Origin: Trichomonas gallinae
Lineage: Eukaryota
Assembly (NCBI GenBank): GCA_008369845.1
Contig: MRSU01007905.1
Coordinates: forward strand, 1-37,167
Reading direction: 5' to 3'
DNA length: 37,167 nt
The notes beneath the pieces are model-generated. The model worked only from the letters and a program-made list of their open reading frames with translations, searched no databases and was not told where the DNA came from. A program made the position numbers and the translations under genes. Positions 17,760-28,953 of this stretch are shown here, piece by piece. Each line of letters begins with the position of its first letter. Positions within the stretch are counted from its first letter, which is position 1.

Positions 17760-20700
17760 TTATTTCTTGCCTTTGCGTTCGCTTCTGTTATCGAAGCCTT
17801 TGAAGAAAGTCTCAAGCGCACTTGATTGAACGACACCTTTGACTGAACCGTCGTCTGTCTTGTTGTCTGTCTTCATTGGGATGTTGATCATCGGCTCAAC
17901 CATCTTCTGCTGCATCGGGATCTGCAGGGTCGACTGCTGGTTCTTCATCGGGATATGCTGCTGGAGGAGGAACTGCGGCGACATCTGCGAGATCTGTGGA
18001 GGCGGAACAGGCTGTGGCGGTGGCTGCTTAGGCTGTGGTGAGTCTTGTTTCTCAGCGTGGACTTTCTTCCTGCTCCTCAGCTGCATTGATGTTGTCTTCT
18101 TTGGTGGCTGTTGCTGAGCCTGCTGCTGCTGTTGTTGCTCGCGCTGAGCAGCTTGGTGCTGCTTTTGTTGTGCCTGCTGCTGCGCTTGAGCTTGTTGAGC
18201 GGCCTGTGCTTGAGCTTGTTGCTGTGCCTGAGCTTGCTGCTGCTGGTACTGCTGCATCATCCAGTACTGGTAGTGTGGGGTTGCTGCTGCCTGTATGTTC
18301 GGTGGAATCGGCGGGACAACAGGAGCCTTTGGTTTCATGACGTTCTTCTTTGTTGTCGCTGCTGGCGGCGGCTGTTGTTGCTGCTGAGCTTGTGCTTGTG
18401 CCTGCATCATCTGCATCTGTTGTATGGCAATTGGCTGTGGAACTTGAGGGATCTGAGGCATCTGCGGTTGTGGGTACATGATCGGGTAAGGAACCTGAGG
18501 AACTTTAGGCTGCTGAGGAACAGGTTGTGGTGGTGGCGGCTGAATCTTCGGCTGCTGTGGGACAGGCTGTGGTGGTGGTGCTTGTTGTTGCGGGGGAACT
18601 TGTGGTGGATTCTCTGCAGCAGATACAACCATTCCTCTGTTAGCCAATGCCTGGTGGATATTGGTCTTCGAGTATCCGTAGATGTTCAAGATCGACCTGA
18701 CTGCCTCGTCCGGGAAGTTCTTGTTGTTGACGACGAAGATCAATACTTCGTTGATGATCTCGTTGGAGATCTGGTGCTCGAGAAGCAACTGGTAGACAAT
18801 GTTAGGATTGATCTTAGAGCCTTTGATCAATTGAATCAAGTACTGAGGGGCAACTTTGTTCTCTCTGCAGAGCTGGAGGACGAATTCAGGTGGCAACAAG
18901 TTGTCTTCGATGGCCTTGACAATTGACTGTATTGGGATGACAAGTTCGCGCGATTTCTGCAAGAAGTCTTCGTTTGTCATCTCCTTGTTCCTGAGCTTGA
19001 CTTCGTATGGAAGTGGTTGAGACTGTGGCTTTTGGATGACGACTGGCTGTTCATCTTTGATCTTGACGATCTTTGGATTGGATGATGTTGGCTCAGGCGG
19101 TGGCTGAGACTTCGGCTGTCTTCCTCTCCTTCCTGGATGCTTTGGCTCCTTAGGAGTTGGTGGCTCTTCATCGGAATATGCAGCATGGGTAGTTTTGGTT
19201 GTCGTCGACTGAGAAATCGCTGCGATTCTCTTTTCTGGTATTGAGCTGTCAACTGCCTTCATGACATTCTCGAACATCTCCTTTGTGATCTTGCAATCGA
19301 TGCCCTTTCTTGAGTCGCCAATTGCGACATCAGGCATCTGCTGTGCTGCTTCGAGGCCGAACTGACATGCGATTGAAAACAGGATCAAATCGTGCTCCAA
19401 GTTCCATCCGTCTGGGAGAATTCCAGCGTACTGGTCCTTACGCTGCGCGTCGTTCATGTTCAAGTAGTTCCTGATTGCGTTCATTGCGATGACGCCAGCC
19501 TTCTCGTCTGAAACTGTTGATCCTGAGATTTCAACGACATCTTCTGAGTTCGTTATTGTCGACTTCAATGCGAGAGAAAAGTCATGGATGGAGAATTTGA
19601 TGACTTCTTCCTGGAGCAAATGAGAGAACTTGATTGCCTCTTCTGGTGTCTTTCTTATCAAGTTGCACAAAGCAATGATCTCTTCACCATCATCTGATCC
19701 ATTGTCGCGTGTTGGAATGCCAAAGTTTGAAAGCATCGATAAAACCTGGATGACTTCGTTTTCATCCCAGTCGTCCTCCTTAGCGTTCCACCTGAAGATC
19801 TCCATGATGAACTCAAGGGCTGGATTGCTTGATGGAATTTCTTTCTTGCGCGGGAAGTGTGTCGCGTATGAGTTGACATCGACACGCATTGCTTGCCTGA
19901 GCTCATCATATCTGGCTTGCCAAAATGCTGATGTTGTCAAAACATCTGTCAGATTTTCTTTCGTTGGGAATTCATCGGCATATGTATAGAATCTTCTCGG
20001 GAATTCTGCTGTAGATAATCCTGAGTAAGCTTGTACAGCGATCTTGTCGTTGATGATTCCGCATGTCTTGGTGAAGCTCCTGTAGACTTTAGATGCGTCG
20101 AGGTTCATCTGCAACAACCTTGCTTCTTCATCATCGCTCTCGCGCTTGTCCCAAAGAGCCTGCCAGTCCTTCTGAGTTACAGGGACTGACTCGCAGCCGA
20201 GCTCTCTTGCGACGAAGCACGCGATGTATAAGACATCATATGTGTTGCACTCTTTGAGCATGCCCAACAAGCAAGTTAACGCTCTTCTCATTGTATCGTC
20301 TTTTGACATCTTCAATTCTTTAGACAAACCGTCAATGTCGAAGACTCCGAATTCGCAGAGCGCGTCAACTAAGTGTCTGACTTCAGCGAGCTTGTCGCTG
20401 TCTGTCACAGCATCGTCGCTGTTCTGGTAGACATGGTTCCAGAACTCCTTCATTGGTGCCAATGATTCTATAGGTGCTGCATTGAATTCTCTGTACAACT
20501 GGTTGATCATGTCCGGATAGCAAACATCGATTGTTGATGCCTCTGAAGTCTTTGCTCTCGACCATCCGCTTGTTGTAGCGACAGCGTATCTAACAAGTGG
20601 CTCAGCCTCGTTGTTTTCGAGTGCCTGTGCGTAGAACTCGTCCGTGTTCAACACGTGGCCGTAGATGGCTGTTTCGACGGACTCTGCTGTCAAAAGTCTC

Positions 20701-22655
20701 TTGACGGCGACTTGCGATGACCTTCCGAGGTATTCCTGTATGTGCAAGTCTGTCTGGAAGTCTTCGTCGATGTCGTAGAAAACTAATGTGCTGATGTCGA
20801 GGTTTTCAATGGCCGGAGAGTTGATGTTTCTCGTCATCAATAATGCGCCGTATTCGAACTTCTCGTCGTAGGCCTCGCTTGAGAGTGGAGATGAAAGCAT
20901 TGTAGCAGGGACGCCAGCGTGTACCAAGAATTCTTTGAGCAAGCGCAAAACAGCGAATCCGTTTGCTATGATGCCGCAAACTGTCTTTGATGATGTGCAT
21001 TCTGTTGTGATCTTGAGAACTTCCTGGAATTTGGCTGATGCTTCGCCTAATAAGTCGACCATCTCGTCGTCGTTGAGCGCGTGGCCGATGGATTTGGCTT
21101 TAGCCTCGAGAATTACATCGCGAAGTTCTGGGATGAGGAACGGATGAGAATAAGCTGAGTGGAGGAAGGCGATTTGGACTTTGTATCCGTTGTAGAACTC
21201 GAAGTTGTAGTTCTTCATGTGGTTGTAGAGATAATCGTAAATTATTTCTGCATTAATGTCTGGAACTAAGATGAGCTCTTCATAAGCCTTGTATTCTTGT
21301 CCCTTGATAAGAGCGACGTCAACATTCTGGTGGGAAACGGAATAATCCTCTGTTTCTGTATCGAAAAGATAAATCTTGTGACCTGGAAGGCGGGCAAGCC
21401 ACGATGGGATCTTGAACTGCTCTCTGGTCTGATCGAAGATGACGAATCCCCATTTGACCTTTTTGATTGAATTCATCGCGCGTGTTGTTAATTCACTGGT
21501 CATTACTATGACATCGAACTTCGCACCGATCTTGCCGACAAACTCTTCGCGGGAGATGATGCTTCTGGCCGCTTTGCTAACCGGATATTCGCACCAGTAG
21601 AGATTTGTCGCAAAACGAAGGGTTTCGACCCAGGAGTATGTGTCATCGCAGATGATGAGTGCTGGATGCTGCTCGTTGAGCTTGAAAACAGCTGTATTTA
21701 ATAATGAAGCAATTCCGACTGTTTTGCCGATTCCTTGTGGAACTCTAAGTACAGCAGCCTTATTGGCTGAGAGACACTTGACGATGAAGTTGAACATATC
21801 AAGTTGTGTATCAGATAATTTTATATCGTGAAGAAGATCATGTGGCTCCAGAGTTTCTGGGAATTTCTTGTAATCTGACTCTTCGTCCATCATTTTTGTC
21901 CTTCTCCAGTAATTATCTACAATTCTGTGGAAATCGTAAGCATTGGCTGCACAGAAGAGCGAAGGAGCCTTTCCCATGATCGTCTCTTCTGTTTCCCATG
22001 AGGCGGACTCTTCATCCATGCCATCCCACTTAACGAAGTAAATAATCGTTTTATCTGTTCTATCGAGAGTGTCATTAATAAAAGCTTCCTCATCCTCAGA
22101 ATCATCAGGCTCGATAAGGTACGTGTTCGGATTAGCGGCGTAGCGATGCTTAATGATTCTATCGATGTATAAATTAGGAACAAGGATGGGAGAAGACATT
22201 GGTTCAATCAATTCCGGAGAAAGGTTGGACATGAAGACACCGGGGGATGTGGATCTCTTGAATTCGCTGAGAATTTTCGAATACTCTCTATTGTTCTTGA
22301 AGACTTGTTCGCCGACTTTAATAGTGCGAATGATTGAGGAGCCCTCTAGCGTGACAAGATATTCCGTGTTAGCGGAATCCTGAGTTTGACAGAAAATATA
22401 TTGAATGTTATAATCGTCTATGTGGAAAGCTTCTTGGGCGTTTTGTCCCGGGCCAGATGGTTCGGGATTTTCTTGTCCTTCGTTTTCCGAAGTAATTGGA
22501 CGTTCTGCAGTCGAATTTTTATTCTCTTCTTGTTCAAGTTCTTGATTATCTTGTTTTTCATTTTCTTGTCCTGGTTCCATCTCTTTGTTATCGAGTGAGC
22601 CTTGCTCGGACTTACGTCCAAGGTCCCCATCTGCCGAAGGGGGTGAATTACTCAT
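17760..22655 (-). CDS. CHD-like protein: tandem chromodomains, degenerate SNF2 ATPase lobes, SANT/SLIDE-like region, Q/P-rich tail
   Basis: Chromodomain IDRII..YFVKWDGMDEESASWE; SNF2-like LSDTQL, QGIGKT, KFDVIVMTSE, WGFVIFD, SHPFL, STLVFYD, VKRLLTAESVE; CHD-like WNLEHDLILFSIACQFG. Confidence 0.8.
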   Translation of the reverse strand: MSNSPPSADGDLGRKSEQGSLDNKEMEPGQENEKQDNQELEQEENKNSTAERPITSENEGQENPEPSGPGQNAQEAFHIDDYNIQYIFCQTQDSANTEYLVTLEGSSIIRTIKVGEQVFKNNREYSKILSEFKRSTSPGVFMSNLSPELIEPMSSPILVPNLYIDRIIKHRYAANPNTYLIEPDDSEDEEAFINDTLDRTDKTIIYFVKWDGMDEESASWETEETIMGKAPSLFCAANAYDFHRIVDNYWRRTKMMDEESDYKKFPETLEPHDLLHDIKLSDTQLDMFNFIVKCLSANKAAVLRVPQGIGKTVGIASLLNTAVFKLNEQHPALIICDDTYSWVETLRFATNLYWCEYPVSKAARSIISREEFVGKIGAKFDVIVMTSELTTRAMNSIKKVKWGFVIFDQTREQFKIPSWLARLPGHKIYLFDTETEDYSVSHQNVDVALIKGQEYKAYEELILVPDINAEIIYDYLYNHMKNYNFEFYNGYKVQIAFLHSAYSHPFLIPELRDVILEAKAKSIGHALNDDEMVDLLGEASAKFQEVLKITTECTSSKTVCGIIANGFAVLRLLKEFLVHAGVPATMLSSPLSSEAYDEKFEYGALLMTRNINSPAIENLDISTLVFYDIDEDFQTDLHIQEYLGRSSQVAVKRLLTAESVETAIYGHVLNTDEFYAQALENNEAEPLVRYAVATTSGWSRAKTSEASTIDVCYPDMINQLYREFNAAPIESLAPMKEFWNHVYQNSDDAVTDSDKLAEVRHLVDALCEFGVFDIDGLSKELKMSKDDTMRRALTCLLGMLKECNTYDVLYIACFVARELGCESVPVTQKDWQALWDKRESDDEEARLLQMNLDASKVYRSFTKTCGIINDKIAVQAYSGLSTAEFPRRFYTYADEFPTKENLTDVLTTSAFWQARYDELRQAMRVDVNSYATHFPRKKEIPSSNPALEFIMEIFRWNAKEDDWDENEVIQVLSMLSNFGIPTRDNGSDDGEEIIALCNLIRKTPEEAIKFSHLLQEEVIKFSIHDFSLALKSTITNSEDVVEISGSTVSDEKAGVIAMNAIRNYLNMNDAQRKDQYAGILPDGWNLEHDLILFSIACQFGLEAAQQMPDVAIGDSRKGIDCKITKEMFENVMKAVDSSIPEKRIAAISQSTTTKTTHAAYSDEEPPTPKEPKHPGRRGRQPKSQPPPEPTSSNPKIVKIKDEQPVVIQKPQSQPLPYEVKLRNKEMTNEDFLQKSRELVIPIQSIVKAIEDNLLPPEFVLQLCRENKVAPQYLIQLIKGSKINPNIVYQLLLEHQISNEIINEVLIFVVNNKNFPDEAVRSILNIYGYSKTNIHQALANRGMVVSAAENPPQVPPQQQAPPPQPVPQQPKIQPPPPQPVPQQPKVPQVPYPIMYPQPQMPQIPQVPQPIAIQQMQMMQAQAQAQQQQQPPPAATTKKNVMKPKAPVVPPIPPNIQAAATPHYQYWMMQQYQQQQAQAQQQAQAQAAQQAQAQQQAQQKQHQAAQREQQQQQQAQQQPPKKTTSMQLRSRKKVHAEKQDSPQPKQPPPQPVPPPQISQMSPQFLLQQHIPMKNQQSTLQIPMQQKMVEPMINIPMKTDNKTDDGSVKGVVQSSALETFFKGFDNRSERKGKK
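18000..18610 (-). repeat. Coding low-complexity Gln/Pro/Ala tract
   Basis: CAG/CAA/GCT/CCA-rich codon runs encoding QQQAQAQ and PPPQPVPQQPK repeats. Confidence 0.85.
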
Positions 22656-23939
22656 TGAAATACTAAAACTTCTTTTTTGTGAAGTTTACGTTTGGATAAT
22701 TTGATAAGTTTACGCCAAATTTCACCGCCAAAATTATTTTTTCGATTAGACCTATAAATACGCAGCCACACATCTCATATTTTCATAATACTTAACTAAA
22801 ATGTTCCGATGATGAATTTATTACCGAATTTCAGTTTTAATTTCTATAAAAGAGTTGATTTATGTTACTATATCTTATATCATAAGATGTATTCTTTGTT
22901 AGTTTTCACTTCGCCAATAACTCGTTAGCATGTTACGTTGTGATTTATGGAAATTATAGGCAATTATATTAATTCATGACATTGAACAGTCAAATCGGTA
23001 TTAAAATCATCAGCGATTTGTATATATTATAGATATTATATTAATTTTTGTCCAATTCAAACACATTGTTGAAATAATGAATAGATATCCACATTTTCAT
23101 TAGACAACAGCATAATTCAAGCCAATAACAAATATCATATTGTGCTAGTTTGAGTAATAAAAAGTTGTTTGGGGTGAAATAATAATAAATGGAGGAAATT
23201 TTGATGGAATAAATTGAAAAATAGAAAGTTTGCTGAAAATTGCTATGGCAAATAGTAGATCAATAGTTTTTATGCATATTTTTAATATAAAAATCAAAAA
23301 TCGCACGATAAATTTTAAGTTGACATTCAAAAATTTTTATATCGAAAACATATTAAAATGGCTTTATATGCAGTTTTATAACTTTTTATTTATTCACAAT
23401 AATTTGAATGAATTCAATTGGATATTTTCATCTTTAATTTATTTGTTAATTCTGCATCGTTTATGATAGTGATTAATAAAAACGCTTGAATTTTTGAAAA
23501 AACAACTCATTGAAAACTGACATTTTTTAGCCGCCGAAATTTATCAATTGATATTATTAAAACACTAATCATAGTTTGATATTACAAATAAAAAAATCAG
23601 AAAATGTTTTGATTTTGATGGAATAAATTGTTGATAAGGCCTAAACACTAATAAAATACATATTTATATATATTGCTAATGAGTTATTATAAAAATAAGC
23701 TATTTGTGATTTCAAGATAAAAAGGATACCTTCTTTCAAAAAGTTGGACATTTGAGTAAATCGGATTGTGGCTTGAATATAACTCTATAACATTGATATT
23801 ATTGATATATGTATTCTTTTAATACATTTCTTCATAAACAAACTTTGATTTCTTTCTCTAAAAACAAAATTTTTGGAATTTTCTTTTTTTAAAGCTTTTT
23901 CCTCATTTACACATATAATATTAATATTTTTACATCATA

Positions 23940-24155
23940 ACACCACATATAATGCAATTAATTAACACCAATTGTTAATAATTATAATTTTTGATATCAT
24001 ATATTGATAAAATTATCTGAGTTATTCAATCAATATTTTAATTCTGAAATATTAGCATCCTAAATCGATATACACCACAATTAATTAACTCTAATTTTGA
24101 AAAATTACAAATTTTGATATCGAATATTGATGAATTTGCATGAATGATTTAATAA
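23940..24155. repeat. Degenerate direct duplication (about 130 bp period)
   Basis: ACACCACA..TTAATTAAC..TTTTGATATC..ATATTGAT occurs from about 23940 and again from about 24072. Confidence 0.55.
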
Positions 24156-24227
24156 TTATTTGGTATTTTGTTTATCAGTATAAATATAGTATAGCTATTG
24201 AATTAAAACCGATAAAAACAATATATT

Positions 24228-27200
24228 TTAAAAAACACTAATATATTTCTTGAAAGGTATATGCGTAGCATTACCTGATGAATCTGTAACAATAAATGTT
24301 GCAACATTGTGAATACCAGGATTCATGAAAAATGCGGTAAAATAGAAGTATTCTTCGGACATTGGTTGAATCTCCTGGCAATAATGGGTATCTTTGCCAA
24401 CCCACATGATTTCTCTGTTACTTGTATCAGTAGTTATCTTAATATCTGAAATAACTGAATCAGACACGTTTCTAACAGTTAATTTGATATCAACTGTATC
24501 ATTTTCGTTAAAATTGATCGATCCAGCACATTCCACGTGGAATCTATATTGACATTTTAACGTGGCAATATGGAATTGCTTTAGAATCTCTGTTTTTTCT
24601 TGATCATTTTTCACTGATAACAAAACATAGCCATCATGAACATTATGATCATATAACAAGTCCCTCCACGGCTCATAGTTGAAGTCCTCTGGTGTCTCTT
24701 CAAGATAAAACGAAGATTTGTCATTTTCATAGTTGACACTATCACTTTTAATGTCATCCATTTCTATTTTCTTGAAATATTTTCCGTGGAACTTTCCGCC
24801 GACTATTGACACCTCAGACGAATGGTCGACGTGTGCGAATATTATATCCTTCTGCCAGTCCTTTGGATCTGCGAAGATCGACGTGTTGACATCCTCCAAA
24901 ACTCTCGAAGAAACACATAACCTGCTGACGAAATGTCGCCACGAAATAGAGTCATTTCCTTCGTAGAACCATGTGATATGGCAAATGGACCCTGTCCTTC
25001 CGCCTATGGAGATGCAGTCTAAAATGATTTCTTCGCCCGGATTGATGCAACTCTCAGTTATAATAGGAATGACAGCGTAATCGTTAATAATCGTCGTGTT
25101 ATTCGACATATTTATTGTATATGGTCTGTCGTGCATGCAAAACAGTTTTTTGACTGGTGCGTCTCCTAAGTTCGCTATTCTTACTTTGAAGTTTTGGACT
25201 TCGCCGTCTGATGTTTGGATCTCTTTGTTGTCGTTTACAATGACAATAAGTGTCGGCTGATTTTTAACGCTTTGCATGAATAGGTGAGGGAAAGGAATTG
25301 TCATCACTGCTGTCTCCCAGAACTGGAACATCATCCTGTCGACAGTGAACTGGCTCTCTTTCGTTGGAAGTATTTCTAAGTCCCTGGAAAGCGGTTTTAT
25401 GTCGATGACTTTCATCGAAACAATTCCGATTTCATTTTCGACTGAACTCTGGGAAAACTCTGGCATTTTCATGTCTGTCTTTTGCTTAACGAAACTAGGC
25501 TCTTTGAGTGACTTAACTTTCTTTGTTAGAGACTTAGACTGCGGAGATTCTTTGATGTAATTTATGTTTGATTGTTCTACAATTAAATGCGCTTTGTTTA
25601 GACAATAAGGGATTTTGTTGTTAATTATGTTGAATCTTATAACAATCGGCTCATTGACTACAACAACATCTGGTTTAATCTCGATTTTCTTCTTGATTCC
25701 CCAATGAACGGCCACATTTCTCATTGTTCTCGTGTTTCTCTCCCATAAATCGACCATTGCTTTATATGGGCCTGAATCGTACTTGAAATACTCAGCGGAT
25801 CCGTATTTTATGACCTTCACGTTGTTCTTGATGGCGAAATAAGGAAGAGAAATTCCGTTATACTGATTTTTGTCGACAAGCTTGTTAAATGCGTTGAACA
25901 TTCCTTTTAGGACATTGACAGTAAACTTCTGGTTAGATGTGTGAGCTAAAAGATAAAAATAAATTATTTGATTAAATTGATCAAAGCCACATCGGTCTAA
26001 ATCCTTTGCTACTAGTTTCAGTGCCCTAGAATTAAGATACTCCCAGCAGGATGTGAATCCAAAATCTTGGTATTTCAAGATATTCGTATTTGAAACTCCG
26101 CAGCGATAAAGTTTCGTTGGATCATCATATCTTGAGATGATGTGTTGTGAGAGGACCGAGCATCTGTACGAATGGCCAACGAGCATCTTATTTCCATTCG
26201 TTTTGAAAAATTTTCTTCGTGCTAAAAAGAAATAGAATGCTGCATGGTTGTATCTGTTAATTGCTATTGACTTAACAGCCAGTCTTTCGTAGCAGAAGCC
26301 TAAAATCGATTGAGCAATGATATGTTTGCATGGAAAACTTAAAATCAATTTATTTAGCAGAGATTCTGACTGCAATAAAACTTGAGTTCCTGAATATGAA
26401 TGAACGATAAGCAGCATTAAGTATAATTGTCGAAAATTGAGCTCACTTGAGAATATTTCAGTAATCATGTTAATATATTCGCTGAGTGGAGCCAGCATCG
26501 ATAACTGAATATGAATATAGCATATTTTCACTTCTGTTAATCGAGAGTAATCAGTTTTTGTGAGTAAATCTAATATAACAACGCGTGCTTCTTCGAACTG
26601 TTTAACCGTTATATGGTTCAAAGCAAGCATGAATATCTCATCATAAAATTCTTCTGTATTAGGCCTTGAATGAAATAAATTTGAAAATTGAAAAAAATTA
26701 GACAAGACATTCGAAGATTTGTTCTGCAAATGTTTGTTATTCTTGTCAACTTGTATTAATTTCTTAGTGAATTCCGGAATCTTCAAAGTTAAAATATCTG
26801 AGAAAATATCTGTAAGAGTTTCCAATAATTCGTCATTGTCTTGGCTTAGCTTGACCTTGTGGGTCATCCCACTCTCGTAAAGCTGCAATTGGCTGATAGA
26901 TTCGTTATATGCTGAATAAATAGGTAAAGTAATGTCTTCTATATTCTGTAATCGATTCTGAAATGATATTGGAAGATTTTCGAGGAAATTTTTCGGATTT
27001 GTTGGCTTTTCAACGAATGCAATAATAAATCTTGGAATATCAGAAAAAATCAAGCCTGTATCTCGTGGCGATTTGGACAAAACCTTGAATATATCTAAAT
27101 ACCAAGGCAATGCATTGTTGAATCCTGAACTTGAATAATTTGAAATTTTAACTTTATCGTAATGTAGTAGATTTGTTTCATTGAACTGAAGGTTTGTCAT

Positions 27201-27506
27201 GAATTCTGGCGTCATGAAGATGTCACTGTATTTTTGGAGTATATCTAATGATTTTTTTGATAAATTTTCAATATCTCCTGTTATTTTCTTATTGAGATTG
27301 AGATATCTCCATCCAGGAAGCTTAGAGGCTAAAGTTGAGCCGATCTTTCTTATGAAAGAATGAAGATTTAAATCGCCTGAAAGCAATTTCTCAGAGACAG
27401 CATCATCAACCCATATTCCAATAACAGGGAAATACTCGTGGAGCACTGGACTGTTGCTAAACTCCAGTGCTTCCGATTGATTAAATTTTAAAATTGATGA
27501 AATCAA
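24228..27506 (-). CDS. TRAPPC8: TRAPP III subunit TRAPPC8/Trs85-like protein; start unresolved
   Basis: Segments parallel TRAPPC8: AAFYFFLARRKFFK, VVNEPIVIRFNIIN, DGEVQNFKVRIANLGDAPVKKL, C-terminal WVGK....IQP......FTAFFMNPGIHNV. The track start is TTG directly after an in-frame TAA. Confidence 0.7.
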   Translation of the reverse strand: MISSILKFNQSEALEFSNSPVLHEYFPVIGIWVDDAVSEKLLSGDLNLHSFIRKIGSTLASKLPGWRYLNLNKKITGDIENLSKKSLDILQKYSDIFMTPEFMTNLQFNETNLLHYDKVKISNYSSSGFNNALPWYLDIFKVLSKSPRDTGLIFSDIPRFIIAFVEKPTNPKNFLENLPISFQNRLQNIEDITLPIYSAYNESISQLQLYESGMTHKVKLSQDNDELLETLTDIFSDILTLKIPEFTKKLIQVDKNNKHLQNKSSNVLSNFFQFSNLFHSRPNTEEFYDEIFMLALNHITVKQFEEARVVILDLLTKTDYSRLTEVKICYIHIQLSMLAPLSEYINMITEIFSSELNFRQLYLMLLIVHSYSGTQVLLQSESLLNKLILSFPCKHIIAQSILGFCYERLAVKSIAINRYNHAAFYFFLARRKFFKTNGNKMLVGHSYRCSVLSQHIISRYDDPTKLYRCGVSNTNILKYQDFGFTSCWEYLNSRALKLVAKDLDRCGFDQFNQIIYFYLLAHTSNQKFTVNVLKGMFNAFNKLVDKNQYNGISLPYFAIKNNVKVIKYGSAEYFKYDSGPYKAMVDLWERNTRTMRNVAVHWGIKKKIEIKPDVVVVNEPIVIRFNIINNKIPYCLNKAHLIVEQSNINYIKESPQSKSLTKKVKSLKEPSFVKQKTDMKMPEFSQSSVENEIGIVSMKVIDIKPLSRDLEILPTKESQFTVDRMMFQFWETAVMTIPFPHLFMQSVKNQPTLIVIVNDNKEIQTSDGEVQNFKVRIANLGDAPVKKLFCMHDRPYTINMSNNTTIINDYAVIPIITESCINPGEEIILDCISIGGRTGSICHITWFYEGNDSISWRHFVSRLCVSSRVLEDVNTSIFADPKDWQKDIIFAHVDHSSEVSIVGGKFHGKYFKKIEMDDIKSDSVNYENDKSSFYLEETPEDFNYEPWRDLLYDHNVHDGYVLLSVKNDQEKTEILKQFHIATLKCQYRFHVECAGSINFNENDTVDIKLTVRNVSDSVISDIKITTDTSNREIMWVGKDTHYCQEIQPMSEEYFYFTAFFMNPGIHNVATFIVTDSSGNATHIPFKKYISVF

Positions 27507-28953
27507 AAAAAATTATTTGACACGTTTCTAAAGTTTTCATCATTACTTCATTTTCGTTTAAAGTAACAGTTCCCAAATAGAAATGCTTAATTTGAACAAA
27601 ATATTTTTTGAAAAATATATTTTAATAATATGGAAATAAATGTATCAAGAACTGATTATATATTCTCTATATATACTTATAATAAGAGATTGTTCATTAA
27701 AATTCGATAATATAATTTTTGAAAATCAATATATCAAAATTGAAGACCTATGATTCATTATGTGAATTACTTAGAAGTATAGCAAGCAAAATTTAATAAA
27801 ATTATAGCAGAGAATCGAAAAATTAAATCTTTTTGAATATTCAAGTCGTTTGGGATTTATATCCAAGTTTTACTCAATAATATAGTGAATATATTGTATT
27901 CCATATGATCGCTTGTTATAAATCGAGAACTGAAAATTGATTGGAGAATTCAAAGCAGAATTATATACAAATCAGATCAAATTGAAGCATCAAATGATAT
28001 AAGACGTGAAATGTAATGTAGAACATATATAATGATTTTTTATCTCCCCAACTGGTGAAATTTTAAATTTAATTCTTTGCATGTGAAACAATATTTTAGG
28101 TGCATTAGATGGTAAAACACATGAAATACATTTTCAATCGAGATTGTCTGTTGATTAACATTCGTGATTAGAAATCACAAAAATTACACTATTTGTTTTT
28201 AGTATTTGTCATAAATTCTGGTTCTTCTAGATGTATATGTGTTCTAGATGGAGTTTCACCCCCATAATACCAACACGAAAATCTACGGGGATTTGAATAA
28301 TACAAAACTAATTCTAATAAGTTTGAGGATCATCTACTATTAGGAAGTTGAATGCAGATCATATAACAAAACTGTGTATGAGATAAAAATACAACCGAGA
28401 TTTGCTGCAAAATTTTGCATTTATACAGATCATTTAACGTGCATCTGTACAGCATAACGAGTTCCACGAATTTAGAATATTTAAAACCAGATTTTAAAAT
28501 CGATTGACACAAATCACCCGCGAAAATTAATTGAAAAAGGTGATATCCTTTCCAGTCACTGTTCCTGGTATATACTGCTTCTAGTGGGTGTTTCTATAAT
28601 ACTAAAATCCTTATATAAACATAAACAGGAAAAAAAAAGATTTTTGAGTGCATTCTAAGCTATTTTTGGCGGTTGCTTAGAAAATAAGTCTGGTGATTCA
28701 TTTGAAATAGTAAATCGAAGTATTTATAAGCGAAAACTCAGTCATAATGTATTGTGCTGTGAGTAGATGTATTTCAAATTGAAGTGCGAGTAAATTGCTG
28801 TTCAAGATTTTAACGGGCCTGTATTTTTGGTGGGGACATTGACAGTCTAAAAGAAAATATGTATTTCTATGTGATAATTTAAACAAATAGTGTTATCATA
28901 AGATGGTAAAAAAATGATGGAATAATAAGAAAAATTCCATAATTATGTAAAGT

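Noticed and set aside
18035..18926. Plus-strand Leu-rich ORFs (271 aa, 101 aa)
   Set aside because: Antisense shadows of the Q/P codon repeats in the CHD-like gene.
27451..27462. 12-nt GT..AG segment (minus strand) as an intron
   Set aside because: Far shorter than known trichomonad introns, no proper CTAAC branch site, and removing it would not supply an ATG.
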